Positions 47,418-57,309 of a stretch of DNA of 64,000 nt are shown one piece after another. This DNA comes from an uncultured Gammaproteobacteria bacterium (GTDB lineage: Bacteria; Patescibacteriota; Patescibacteriia; UBA1558; GWA2-36-10), in contig CAZWYP010000003.1 in NCBI GenBank assembly GCA_964638415.1, positions 1,150 through 65,149 of the forward strand, written 5' to 3'. The position numbers and the translations under genes are program-made. The notes below the pieces were generated by a model. That model ran no database searches. It saw nothing but the letters and a program-made list of their open reading frames with translations, and had not been told where the DNA came from. Numbering within the stretch: position 1 is the stretch's first letter; each line of letters opens with the position of its first letter.

Positions 47418-49022
47418 CTTCAAACTAGCTTTAATAAATTCCTTAAACAATGGGTGAGGACGCAAAGGCCGGGATTTAAATTCCGGATGGAATTGCACTC
47501 CGACAAAGAATGGGTGGTCTTTTATTTCAATTATTTCCACCAATCTCTTATCTGGCGATATGCCGGCAATTACCAAACCCGCCTTTTCTAAAACATCGCG
47601 GTAATCCAGATTAAATTCATAGCGGTGGCGATGGCGCTCATCTATTTTACTTTGACCATAAGCTTGGTAGCTTATGGACTGCTTGGCTAAAACACAAGGA
47701 TAGGAGCCTAAGCGCAGAGTACCTCCCTTTTGCTCTTCTTCCGTATGACCCGGCAAGAAATGAATAACGGGATTAGCTGTCTTCGGCTCAAATTCAGTGG
47801 AATTAACATCATTGGTGTCTAAAGCCTGGCGGGCAAATTCAATGGTAGCAACCTGCATGCCTAAGCATAGTCCTAAATACGGTACTTTATTTTCCCGGGC
47901 AAACTTAGCAGCAATAATCTTACCTTCAATCCCCCGGTTGCCAAAGCCACCCGGCACTAAGATACCAGCCACCTTCTTTAATTTAGCCAATTCCGCCTTA
48001 TCCTGCTTTTCCAGTTTGGAAGCATTGATCCAAACTAAGTCTAGACTGACATTATTATGGTAACAAGCGGATTTTAAAGCTTCTACTACGCTGATATAAG
48101 CATCTAGATTTTCATTATACTTACCCACTAAAGCAATTGGCAGTTTCTTTTTATGATTAGTCCTGATGCTAGTTACCAATCTTTGCCAATCGTCTAATTT
48201 TGGTTTCCTTTTAGGCAGTCCTAGGCTGCGACCAATAATCTCTGAAATTTTATTTTTCTTTTCAAAATTAACCGGTACTTCATAAATGCTTTTAACGGTA
48301 GGAGCGGGAATAACGGCTTTTTCATCAATGTCGGCAAATAAAGCGATTTTAGCAATAGCTTCCTTGTCTATTTTCTTATCTGACCTGGCTAAGATAATAT
48401 CCGGCTGAATGCCGCGGCCATAAAGCTCGCGGACAGATGCCTGCGTCGGCTTAGTTTTCAATTCACCGGAAGCTTTCAAAAAAGGCAACAGAGTTAAATG
48501 AATGAACATGGCATTAAGATGACCCACTTCCCGATGGAATTGCCTAGCTGCCTCTAAATACGGATCGCCCTCAATATCTCCGACCGTACCCCCGATTTCA
48601 ATTAAGATAATCTCTGCCTTGCTTTCTGCGGCTGCCTTGCGGATATGATTCTTTATCTCATTGGTAATATGGGGAATAATCTGAATAGTCTTGCCTAAAT
48701 AATCTCCGCTGCGCTCTTCATGGATTACTTTGTGGTAAACCCGGCCGGTAGTTAAATTGGACAATTTGGATAAATTGACATCAATAAACCTTTCATAGTG
48801 GCCTAAATCCAAATCTGTCTCTCCTCCATCGTCAGTCACAAATACTTCCCCGTGCTGGTAAGGGCTCATGGTGCCGGGATCAACATTAAGGTAAGGATCC
48901 AGTTTTAAAGTAAAAACTGAATAGCCGCAAGCACGTAAAATAGCGCCAATTGAGGCCGAGGCAATTCCCTTGCCTAAGCCAGAACAGACGCCGCCGGTGA
49001 TGAAAATATACTTAGTCGGCAT
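47412..49022 (-). CDS. pyrG: CTP synthase
   Basis: TGGVCSGLGKG, DLDLGHYERF, GLCLGMQ, QFHPEF. Confidence 0.98.
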   Translation of the reverse strand: MPTKYIFITGGVCSGLGKGIASASIGAILRACGYSVFTLKLDPYLNVDPGTMSPYQHGEVFVTDDGGETDLDLGHYERFIDVNLSKLSNLTTGRVYHKVIHEERSGDYLGKTIQIIPHITNEIKNHIRKAAAESKAEIILIEIGGTVGDIEGDPYLEAARQFHREVGHLNAMFIHLTLLPFLKASGELKTKPTQASVRELYGRGIQPDIILARSDKKIDKEAIAKIALFADIDEKAVIPAPTVKSIYEVPVNFEKKNKISEIIGRSLGLPKRKPKLDDWQRLVTSIRTNHKKKLPIALVGKYNENLDAYISVVEALKSACYHNNVSLDLVWINASKLEKQDKAELAKLKKVAGILVPGGFGNRGIEGKIIAAKFARENKVPYLGLCLGMQVATIEFARQALDTNDVNSTEFEPKTANPVIHFLPGHTEEEQKGGTLRLGSYPCVLAKQSISYQAYGQSKIDERHRHRYEFNLDYRDVLEKAGLVIAGISPDKRLVEIIEIKDHPFFVGVQFHPEFKSRPLRPHPLFKEFIKASLKK

Positions 49023-49024
49023 AA

Positions 49025-50302
49025 TTATTGGGCTAATAATTCCTTAGCGCGATTTAACTGCGGATCAAGATCATTTTCATAATCTTCAGGAGTATATTCT
49101 ACAACTTCATCGGGAGTAATACCTTGTTCATCAATAGTCCGGCCATTGGGGGTTAGCCATTTAGCTACTGTAATCTTCAAAGAAGAGCCATCATTAAGAT
49201 CAAACAACTGCTGCACTGAACCTTTACCGAAAGTAGTTTCTCCCACTAATTTAGCCAGGCCATAATCCTGCAAAGCTCCGGCTAAAATTTCTGAAGCCGA
49301 TGCTGAACCTTCATTGATTAAAACTATGGTCTTGAATTTAGACAAGTCAATTTCTTCCTCTGCTTTATAATCCTGGCTGTCGCGCTGGTCAGAAAAAACC
49401 TCTCTGACCACCACCTGATCATTCTCCAGCCAGCTGCCGGCTAAGCTTACCGCTACATCCAAATAACCGCCGGGATTATTCCTCAAATCCAAAATTAAAC
49501 CGCGAGGATTGTCCCGCAGCACCTGCTGGGCAATTTTATTAAACCGGCTGTCAGTATCGCTATTAAAGCTGGTGACGTTGATAATCCCGATATTATCTTC
49601 TAATTTGTAAGTTACTGAGGGAATTTCAATTTTGTCTCTGACTACTTTAATTTCCTTGGGTGTATCTTCATCTTTAGACAAGATTAATAATTTAACTTCC
49701 TGCCCTTTTTCTCCCCTGATTAAGCTAACCGCCTGATCTACTGATAAAGGAGCCGCATCTTCATCGTTAATAGCTAAAATTTTATCCCCTGGGCGCAAAC
49801 CAGCCTTAGCGGCTGGCGTATCCGGTAAAGGAGCAATAATCACCAAAAAACCGCCCTTACGGCCAATTTCTGCCCCAATGCCGTAAAAGCTGCCATTAAG
49901 TTCCTGGGTAAAATCCGAAGTGGTTTGCGGATCCAAAAAAATAGTATATGGATCATTAACGGCATTAACCATGCCATTAATAGCGCCATAAAACAAATCC
50001 CTTTCCGACAGCTTCCCTCGGTCTAAATAATAGCGGTGGATGGTTTCCCAAGCTTCTTCAAACAAAGCTGGGTTAACACCTTCAATGCCGCTAAAAATAT
50101 CTTTAATGCTCTTGGCGGTGTCTACAATAATATTGTTGGAAACTTGGTTGCTGTTCCGCCAATTAGCCGTAGCCACGCCGGCGGCATAAGCCACCAATAT
50201 TAAAAAAATGACCAGATACTTTTGTACGGCTTTTTTGATCCAGATTTTCTTTCGGAGACCAGTATTATTTGCTCCTAAATTTTGCCAATTTTCATCATTC
50301 AT
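49025..50302 (-). CDS. Carboxy-terminal processing protease (S41)
   Basis: DPYT, GIG-PDZ, DLRNNPGG, SASASEI, TFGKGSVQ. Confidence 0.95.
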   Translation of the reverse strand: MNDENWQNLGANNTGLRKKIWIKKAVQKYLVIFLILVAYAAGVATANWRNSNQVSNNIIVDTAKSIKDIFSGIEGVNPALFEEAWETIHRYYLDRGKLSERDLFYGAINGMVNAVNDPYTIFLDPQTTSDFTQELNGSFYGIGAEIGRKGGFLVIIAPLPDTPAAKAGLRPGDKILAINDEDAAPLSVDQAVSLIRGEKGQEVKLLILSKDEDTPKEIKVVRDKIEIPSVTYKLEDNIGIINVTSFNSDTDSRFNKIAQQVLRDNPRGLILDLRNNPGGYLDVAVSLAGSWLENDQVVVREVFSDQRDSQDYKAEEEIDLSKFKTIVLINEGSASASEILAGALQDYGLAKLVGETTFGKGSVQQLFDLNDGSSLKITVAKWLTPNGRTIDEQGITPDEVVEYTPEDYENDLDPQLNRAKELLAQ

Positions 50303-51590
50303 TGATTCTTTCTATTTTAGCTCCTAAATTAGACAAGCGGACATCCAAGGCTTCATAGCCTCTGTCTACTTGGTAGATATTATCTATTACGCTTTCTCCT
50401 TCCGCTGCCAGTGCTGCGATAATCAAAGTAGCGCCAGCGCGCAAGTCGAAACTGTGCATTTCCTTGCCAAATAGCGGAGATGGACCTAAGACTACTATAC
50501 GGTGGGGATCAGATACTACAATATTAGCTCCCATTTTCTTTAATTCCGCCACATACTTTAATCTGCCATCATACATCCAGTCATGGACTAAGGTAGTGCC
50601 TTTGGCTTGAGTCATTAAAGCGGTAAACGGCTGAACTAAATCAGCAGCAAAGCCGGGATAAGGCATATCATGCAATTTACCGATAGCTTGCAAATCTACC
50701 CGACCATCTACAGTAATGCTACCTAAGCGGTAATTAGGATTAGGCGATATTTCCGAATATTCAATAGTTATCTTTAAACCAGCTTCCCGGAATTTCACTA
50801 ATTCCAAAGTTAAAAATTGCGGTGCAGCATGCGTTATAGTAATCTGCGAACGGGTAGCACCGGCCAAAGCGATAAAGGTGCCGGTTTCAATATTATCCGG
50901 CATAATGTAATACTCACCGCCATGCAAAGCTTTAGGGCCCTTAATCACCAAATGATGCGTGCCGATGCCGCTAATTTCCACGCCCAAGGACTGCAAGAAC
51001 CAGCATAAGTCCTGCACTGACGGATCAGCTGCAGCAATGTTAATTATTACTGTCCCCTGGTTAAAAGCTGAAGCTAAAATAATATTCTCGGTTCCGGTAA
51101 CGGAAAACTCGCTTAAAGTCACTTCTTCATCAGCTGCCCGGTCTTTGGTTAAAGTATAAAACTCACCGTCAAATTCCACTTTAACTCCCAAGGCTTCAAA
51201 AGCTTTAAAGTGCGTATCCATAGAGCGAGCGCCGATCTGGCAGCCGCCCGGAGTCTTGGTACGCAAGCGCCCAAAGCGCCCTAACAATGCTCCCATCAAC
51301 AGAATTGAAGAGCGCATAGTTGCTACCAAAGCCATATCCATTTTCTCCGGATCAATTTCCGCATTATTAATCTTCACGCTATGGGCATCGGTCCAAACAA
51401 TCTTAGCACCCATGGAAGTTAAAATCTGCAGCATCTTCTTCACATCTTCAATCGCCGGCACATTATGCAGAACAATTTCTTCCTTAGACAAAACAGTAGC
51501 CGCAATAATCGGTGTTGCGGCATTTTTAAACCCGGATGCTCTAATTTCTCCTTTAAGCTTATTGCCTCCTTGAATAATAAACTTGGACAT
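50295..51590 (-). CDS. murA: UDP-N-acetylglucosamine 1-carboxyvinyltransferase
   Basis: GFKNAA, PGGCQIGAR (catalytic Cys), DLRAGA, DRGYE. Confidence 0.96.
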   Translation of the reverse strand: MSKFIIQGGNKLKGEIRASGFKNAATPIIAATVLSKEEIVLHNVPAIEDVKKMLQILTSMGAKIVWTDAHSVKINNAEIDPEKMDMALVATMRSSILLMGALLGRFGRLRTKTPGGCQIGARSMDTHFKAFEALGVKVEFDGEFYTLTKDRAADEEVTLSEFSVTGTENIILASAFNQGTVIINIAAADPSVQDLCWFLQSLGVEISGIGTHHLVIKGPKALHGGEYYIMPDNIETGTFIALAGATRSQITITHAAPQFLTLELVKFREAGLKITIEYSEISPNPNYRLGSITVDGRVDLQAIGKLHDMPYPGFAADLVQPFTALMTQAKGTTLVHDWMYDGRLKYVAELKKMGANIVVSDPHRIVVLGPSPLFGKEMHSFDLRAGATLIIAALAAEGESVIDNIYQVDRGYEALDVRLSNLGAKIERINE

Positions 51591-51646
51591 TGTATATTTA
51601 TAATAACTCAATTATAATTTTACCCTAAAAAGAAAAAACAAACAAG

Positions 51647-52918
51647 ATGAATTTAACAGTCAGAAGAATTCTTTATTTGCTATTTTTCCTATTTTTCCTA
51701 GTCTTTTCCGCTATTTTCATTTTTTATTCCATTGGCTACCGCTATGACTTTGCTACCATGTCTTTGGAAAAAAATGGGGCTTTTTTTATTAAATCTTTCC
51801 CCCGAGGAGCTAATATCTGGCTGGATGATAAAAAAACCAAAGCTAAAACTCCCAATCAGCTGATTAATATCCGCCCGGGACAGCATAAAATAGTTGTGGA
51901 AAAAGAAGGCTATTTGCCCTGGCAAAAAACCCTAGCAGTACAAACTGGCACTACTGCCTTTGCTGAAGAAATAAGCTTATTCTTTTCTGAACGGCCTAAA
52001 ACCTCTTTAAGCGTCGGGAGTAATAATTATCTTAACAATAAAGCTCAAAACAGATATGCCTATCTAGTGAATAATGAATTATGGATAACTAATACGGAAA
52101 CTGCTAAAGCTTTAGCGGTTTATAATTTTGACCAGCCTACAGAATTAATTGACTGGTCGGCAGATAATAAGCAAATATTGGTAAATCAGGGTGAACAATT
52201 AAAAATTCTTAATCTAGAACAATCTTCCCTTAAAAATCTGGATTTAAATCCAGCAGATAAAATTGTCTGGGATAATAATGAGCCTAGTGTGATCTGGTAC
52301 CTAAACAAACAAACTGTCTGGAGACATAATTTAATTTTAGACAGCACAGTGGAAAAATTTAATGAAGTTGATGATTTTGACTTGTCTGGAGACTATATTA
52401 TTATCCAAAGAAAAAATAATTCAAATACTCTAGTTAATCTTTACCAGAAAAACGGTGGCGATCTGATAAAAGAGTTTAATAATGTTATTCCAGGCAAACT
52501 CAAACTGCTTTTAGCAGATAATGATTATCTGATATTTACTTCCGGATCTAAACTATACATTAAAACTCCTAATAATGAGCAGAGGGAATTTTCTGCCACC
52601 CTAGTTAGGATTTATGGACGATACTTAATTATTAGCGATAACCATGAAATCTGGCTGTATGACTACCAAGATAATTGGAAAGACATTCTAGACCGCTCTT
52701 CTTCTGTTGTCGCCGATGTTCTTTGGCATCCTAATGGCAGTTATTATCTCAATGAAATTAATGGCCAAACTACTATTTATGAATTAGATGGCAGGGATTA
52801 CCGCAATCACGTGGTGCTAATCAATGACCCTTTGAAAAAAATGTATTTATTCAATCATGACGGCAGTAAATTATTTGTCTTAACTCCACAAGAAAACTAT
52901 TATTTAGAAATACAGTAA
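51647..52918 (+). CDS. PEGA domain membrane-anchored protein with a beta-propeller-like C-terminus
   Basis: TM helix, IKSFPRGANIWLD...PGQHKIVVEKEGYLPW, WSAD/WHPNG repeats. Confidence 0.82.
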   Translation: MNLTVRRILYLLFFLFFLVFSAIFIFYSIGYRYDFATMSLEKNGAFFIKSFPRGANIWLDDKKTKAKTPNQLINIRPGQHKIVVEKEGYLPWQKTLAVQTGTTAFAEEISLFFSERPKTSLSVGSNNYLNNKAQNRYAYLVNNELWITNTETAKALAVYNFDQPTELIDWSADNKQILVNQGEQLKILNLEQSSLKNLDLNPADKIVWDNNEPSVIWYLNKQTVWRHNLILDSTVEKFNEVDDFDLSGDYIIIQRKNNSNTLVNLYQKNGGDLIKEFNNVIPGKLKLLLADNDYLIFTSGSKLYIKTPNNEQREFSATLVRIYGRYLIISDNHEIWLYDYQDNWKDILDRSSSVVADVLWHPNGSYYLNEINGQTTIYELDGRDYRNHVVLINDPLKKMYLFNHDGSKLFVLTPQENYYLEIQ

Positions 52919-52954
52919 ACTTTAAAAAATGGCTTATTAAAAGCCATTTTTTAG

Positions 52955-52963
52955 TTATCCACA
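52955..52963 (+). promoter_or_regulatory. Perfect DnaA box upstream of the lexA promoter
   Basis: TTATCCACA 9 bp before TTGACA. Confidence 0.5.
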
Positions 52964-52972
52964 GTTATATGT

Positions 52973-53002
52973 TTGACATTCGGTTTTTGTTCGGTATATA
53001 AT
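52973..53002 (+). promoter_or_regulatory. lexA promoter with an embedded direct-repeat candidate operator
   Basis: TTGACA-N18-TATAAT; the spacer contains TTCGGT-N5-TTCGGT. Confidence 0.7.
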
Positions 53003-53028
53003 AAAGATATAAAAATTATCCTAAAGAT

Positions 53029-53628
53029 ATGAGTAGTTTAACCAAGAAACAAAAACAAATATTAGACTTTGTCACTGAGTTTATTAGGGATCATGAATAT
53101 GCTCCTAGTTACCGAGAGATCGCCGAGCATTTCGGCTTATCCTCCCCTGCTACCATTCATGAGCATATCAAATCCTTAACAGACAAAGGTTTATTAAGCA
53201 ATCATTCGACGGCTCGCTCGCTGGAACTAGTCAAACACACGACGGCAAGCAAAGCGTTAATTCTCCCCCTGGCTGGTTTAATTACTGCCGGCGAGCCGAT
53301 TGAAGCGATTGAAGAGCGTGAAACCATTGCCGTGCCACGAGACTTTGTCCACAATGAGAATAGCTATGTGTTGAAAGTCCGCGGCGAGTCTATGATTGAA
53401 GACGGTATTCTGGATGGAGATTATGTGGTGGTGGAAAGGAATTTCTATCCCCAGAATGGCGACGTGGTAGTAGCCTTATTGGATAATACCTATGCCACCT
53501 TAAAAAAATACTTCCGGGAAAAAGACCGGATCAGACTCCAGCCGGCTAATAAAAATATGAAACCGATTTATGCCAAAAATCCAGCTATCCAAGGCATTGT
53601 CCGCGCTATTTTAAGAAAATTCGCTTAA
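53029..53628 (+). CDS. lexA: SOS repressor LexA
   Basis: LTKKQ, PSYREI HTH, AG cleavage site, GESM Ser, ATLK Lys. Confidence 0.96.
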   Translation: MSSLTKKQKQILDFVTEFIRDHEYAPSYREIAEHFGLSSPATIHEHIKSLTDKGLLSNHSTARSLELVKHTTASKALILPLAGLITAGEPIEAIEERETIAVPRDFVHNENSYVLKVRGESMIEDGILDGDYVVVERNFYPQNGDVVVALLDNTYATLKKYFREKDRIRLQPANKNMKPIYAKNPAIQGIVRAILRKFA

Positions 53629-53754
53629 GTGTTAAAGCCCAAAACCATGTCTAAAAGAAAAATAAAAATTATCTACCGCAGTCTAATGTTTTTAAAAAGA
53701 GACTACTTTAAGTCTCTTTTCCGGCGCCGTAATTTAATTATCCGCTATCGGCGT

Positions 53755-54354
53755 CTAGGGGCTTTCTAATCTGCCGGCTATAAACTTTATATACTCTACA
53801 TATTCTGCCGGCAAATTATGACTATTAGCTCCTTCCAGCACTATCTGGTAATACCGATCTGAAGGCAAGCCGGTCGTGTCTTCTTCCTGAATAATATAAA
53901 CCTCTGCGTTTATTTTTTTATCCCCATAATCCACCTCTACTTCCTGCCGCTGGTAAAGAGTCGGGTAGCCCTCTGCCCTATCTAATGACTTTAAACAATT
54001 TTCATTAATCCGGTAAAGCACTCCTTCCACTTGCTGATTTAAGTCTTTCTTAATATTAGCAGCGCCAGAACGGAAAAAATAAAACTGGTAACCAGGCAAA
54101 CTAGCTCGCCCTAAATCCACAAAATTATCCTGCCCACAACGATTATTCATAGTCGGGGTATGCATATTAGAGCCGTAACCCAAATAATAAATACTAGGCT
54201 CAATTTCCTTATTTTCTTCAATTTTTTCCTCTTGACCAGTAACTGGATTATAGATATTTTCACTTTGGGGAATTACTTGGCGAAAGAGAAACCAGCCAAA
54301 AGCTAGGGCTACTAAACAAATTACCAAAAAACCATAAGTTATCACTCTTGACAT
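53755..54354 (-). CDS. Gamma-glutamylcyclotransferase-fold protein with an N-terminal TM anchor
   Basis: YLGYGSNM, VEGVLY, LDRAEGYP..Y, PSDRY. Confidence 0.85.
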   Translation of the reverse strand: MSRVITYGFLVICLVALAFGWFLFRQVIPQSENIYNPVTGQEEKIEENKEIEPSIYYLGYGSNMHTPTMNNRCGQDNFVDLGRASLPGYQFYFFRSGAANIKKDLNQQVEGVLYRINENCLKSLDRAEGYPTLYQRQEVEVDYGDKKINAEVYIIQEEDTTGLPSDRYYQIVLEGANSHNLPAEYVEYIKFIAGRLESP

Positions 54355-54407
54355 AATCCTAAATATTAGCTATGATAATCCTGTTTTAAAATAATTAACC
54401 GAAAAGT

Positions 54408-54692
54408 ATGGCACATAAGAAAGCAGGCGGCTCCACAAGTCTTGGCCGTGATTCTCGCTCCAAACGCTTAGGCGTAAAAATGTTTGCCGGGCAAGCAGTT
54501 AAAGCCGGTAATATTATTGTCCGCCAGCGCGGCAGTAAATTTCATCCGGGAAAAAATGTCAAAAAGGGCGGAGATGACACTCTATTTGCAACCGTTTCCG
54601 GCGTTTTGTCATTCCGCAGCCTAAAAAGAAAAAAGTTTGATGGTTCGCTGAAGATCACTAAATACATAGATATTGTGCCGGCCAAAAAATAA
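54408..54692 (+). CDS. rpmA: 50S ribosomal protein L27
   Basis: [25 protein letters not shown]. Confidence 0.98.
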   Translation: MAHKKAGGSTSLGRDSRSKRLGVKMFAGQAVKAGNIIVRQRGSKFHPGKNVKKGGDDTLFATVSGVLSFRSLKRKKFDGSLKITKYIDIVPAKK

Positions 54693-54704
54693 TGCCTATA
54701 TAAC

Positions 54705-54733
54705 AAACCCCGTACCTCTGGTGCGGGGTTTTT
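54705..54733. terminator. Bidirectional terminator between rpmA and ftsX
   Basis: AAACCCCGTACC...GGTGCGGGGTTTTT. Confidence 0.75.
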
Positions 54734-54736
54734 AAT

Positions 54737-55654
54737 TTAGACTTTCAGATAACGGCGCATGGCAATAACAGTGCTGACGATATTAATAACTGACAGGACT
54801 AGAAATTCAGAAACAAAAATCTTGGCAAAATTCTGGCGGAAATAATTCTGTAGATTAATAACGCTGGAATCCTGGAAATAGTTGGTTAAAGTCGGTTGAA
54901 TCCAGTCAACAATAGGATAAACAATGGCGATTAAAATAGCGACTGCTATTAAAGCATAGATAATACCTTCTAAAATAAACGGGGCGCGAACAAACCAACT
55001 ATCAGCGCCGACTAACTTCATAATAATCACCTCGTTCTGGCGGCTGTAAATACTAATACGAATGGTGTTGAAGATAACCACAATAGCGACAAATAAGAAC
55101 ATGGCAATTACATACCAACTGTATTTATTAATAATATCCGCTAATTTTTTAACATTATTAACAAAAGCATCATAATCCTTGAAATCACTACTATCTACCA
55201 AAGAAAGATATTTCTCTTGCTGAACAAAATTTAAAATAGCCTGATATTGATCCAATTCATAAGCTTGAATAGCTAAAGAATAGCCAAAAGGATTTTCATT
55301 CTCAGAAAAAATATCCAAAGCCCGCTTAGCTTCTTCTGTGATATTAGATTGTTCATAAAGCTGGCGATTCTCTTCCGGTGTAATAATCTTCACTTTTTTC
55401 ACTTCCGGCAACTGCCCAAGGTCTTTAATAATATTATCCAAATCTTCTCGGCTTGATTCCACTTTAAAAGATACCAAGACATCAACCTTCTTTTTTATTC
55501 CGTCCACAGTGGCTTGCTTGATATAATCCATGCTGACCAGCAAAGTGACGGAGAACAGAGCCATTAAGATCATGGTTATGGTCACTAAGCTCAACCAGAA
55601 ATTGCGGAAAAAGCCTTGAATGGCAAATTTTATTACACGAAAAATACTGATCAT
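54737..55654 (-). CDS. ftsX: Cell division permease FtsX
   Basis: RNFWLS, FNTIRISIYSRQNE, MKLVGA, PFILEG, RRYLKV. Confidence 0.93.
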   Translation of the reverse strand: MISIFRVIKFAIQGFFRNFWLSLVTITMILMALFSVTLLVSMDYIKQATVDGIKKKVDVLVSFKVESSREDLDNIIKDLGQLPEVKKVKIITPEENRQLYEQSNITEEAKRALDIFSENENPFGYSLAIQAYELDQYQAILNFVQQEKYLSLVDSSDFKDYDAFVNNVKKLADIINKYSWYVIAMFLFVAIVVIFNTIRISIYSRQNEVIIMKLVGADSWFVRAPFILEGIIYALIAVAILIAIVYPIVDWIQPTLTNYFQDSSVINLQNYFRQNFAKIFVSEFLVLSVINIVSTVIAMRRYLKV

Positions 55655-55658
55655 ATGT

Positions 55659-56339
55659 TTATAACAAATAACGGCCACTGGCCTGATCACTAATTATTCG
55701 GCCGTGATCTAAGGTGATCACTCGGCCTTTAAGACTATTAACCACTTCTTTATTATGGGTAACTAAAACTACTGTAGTTCCTAATTTATTAATCTTCTTA
55801 AGCAAGTCAATAATTTCTCTGGTATTGATGGAATCCAAATTTCCAGTAGGCTCGTCAGCTACTAATAATTTAGGCTTATGCACCAAACTGCGGGCAATAG
55901 CTACCCTCTGCTGTTCACCGCCGGATAATTGATTGGGGTAACGATCCTCTTTTCCTTCCAAACTTACTAATTTAATCATCTGCTTAACGGTCTTATCTAT
56001 TTCCTTTCCACTTAACCCGCAGACTTCCATGGCAAAGGCGATGTTTTCAAAAACAGTTTTCTTGGGTAATAGTTTAAAATCCTGGAAGATTACTCCTAAT
56101 TGCCGGCGGAGAGTCGGCACTTCGCTGGATTTAATATGCGTTATGTCCCAACCCCCAACGATTATTTTTCCAGAATCAGCTCTTTCCTCGGCAATAATTA
56201 AGCGCACTAAAGTTGATTTACCGGAACCACTTTGACCGACAATGGAAACAAACTCTCCCGGCTCAATATGCAAATCAATATCGTGCAGAGCTTCTACTTT
56301 GTGACTGTATTTTTTATATAAATTATGGGTTTTGATCAT
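55659..56339 (-). CDS. ftsE: Cell division ATP-binding protein FtsE
   Basis: GQSGSGKS, FQDFKLL, LSGGEQQR, DEPTGNLD. Confidence 0.96.
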   Translation of the reverse strand: MIKTHNLYKKYSHKVEALHDIDLHIEPGEFVSIVGQSGSGKSTLVRLIIAEERADSGKIIVGGWDITHIKSSEVPTLRRQLGVIFQDFKLLPKKTVFENIAFAMEVCGLSGKEIDKTVKQMIKLVSLEGKEDRYPNQLSGGEQQRVAIARSLVHKPKLLVADEPTGNLDSINTREIIDLLKKINKLGTTVVLVTHNKEVVNSLKGRVITLDHGRIISDQASGRYLL

Positions 56340-57309
56340 AAAGTTCTACTTTGACATAAATTAATCCGGCTTTAGTTGAGCCGATTTGCTTAAAAGCGGA
56401 AATATCTAAATCAATTAAACGGCCGGTATTTAATTCTGGCCCATAATCGTTAACTTCCACAATAACTGATTCATTAGTTTTTAACCTAGTCACCTTAAGC
56501 TTAGTTCCTTTAGGATAATCCCGGGAAGCGGCAAAATTGCCGTTTTGATAATTGAAATAGCGATAGCGGCTTTGGTCATAAAAACTAGCAATACCGTCAT
56601 GAGCGGTTAAATCGGAAAAAATAGCTATCCGGACATCACCGCTTTTAAGCTTGGCGGTTATTTTTTTATTAGGAAAATCGTTATATGATTCCAGTGGTTC
56701 CCACTGCAAGTCAGTTTGATTATATTGATAGACTTGCTTGGAATAATTATCCGTTTGTATATAACTGAATTCTAGTTGATCATCAGCTTGAGCTCCGCTA
56801 ACCTGATAAATTGAGGAAATTAACTTCAAATCATTATTCTTTACCGGGCCCATAGCTTTAACCACTGTAACAGGGGTTTTGCTTAAGACTTTAACTAGAC
56901 CATCCGCTGACTGGCTATTATCAACTACGGCCGGTAAAACATTATTTACTAAGGAAGTTGGTTTTAATAAAATCTTATTGGCCTCAATATCTTGGAATAG
57001 ATCATGCCATTCATCTTTACCAACCACTTGGTAATTCCATTGCTGTTCGGATAGAGTCTGCAAGCGGTAACTCACTTTTTTATTACTAGGATAGACTCCT
57101 AATTTCTGCTGACCATCGCTTTGAGTAATCAGCTCTATATTCCACTTGGCCTTAGTTTTATCCCAATCTACTAATTCTAAAACTAAATTATTGTCTAAAA
57201 TCAGCTGTGTAGTCTGAGTGGTATCCAAAAGCCATGATTTGGCCTGAACCGGGTTAACAAATAATACTCCCGTAAAAATAACTGCTGCTAATAAATAATA
57301 TTTCTTCAT
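56323..57309 (-). CDS. Secreted protein with a C-terminal RlpA-like double-psi beta-barrel (lytic transglycosylase)
   Basis: GIASFY, AAS...PKGTKLKVT, VNDYGP, RLIDL. Confidence 0.85.
   Translation of the reverse strand: MKKYYLLAAVIFTGVLFVNPVQAKSWLLDTTQTTQLILDNNLVLELVDWDKTKAKWNIELITQSDGQQKLGVYPSNKKVSYRLQTLSEQQWNYQVVGKDEWHDLFQDIEANKILLKPTSLVNNVLPAVVDNSQSADGLVKVLSKTPVTVVKAMGPVKNNDLKLISSIYQVSGAQADDQLEFSYIQTDNYSKQVYQYNQTDLQWEPLESYNDFPNKKITAKLKSGDVRIAIFSDLTAHDGIASFYDQSRYRYFNYQNGNFAASRDYPKGTKLKVTRLKTNESVIVEVNDYGPELNTGRLIDLDISAFKQIGSTKAGLIYVKVELYDQNP

Noticed and set aside
3851-52963. DnaA boxes as a replication origin
   Set aside because: Only isolated single boxes, no dnaA/dnaN, and no switch in gene-strand bias.
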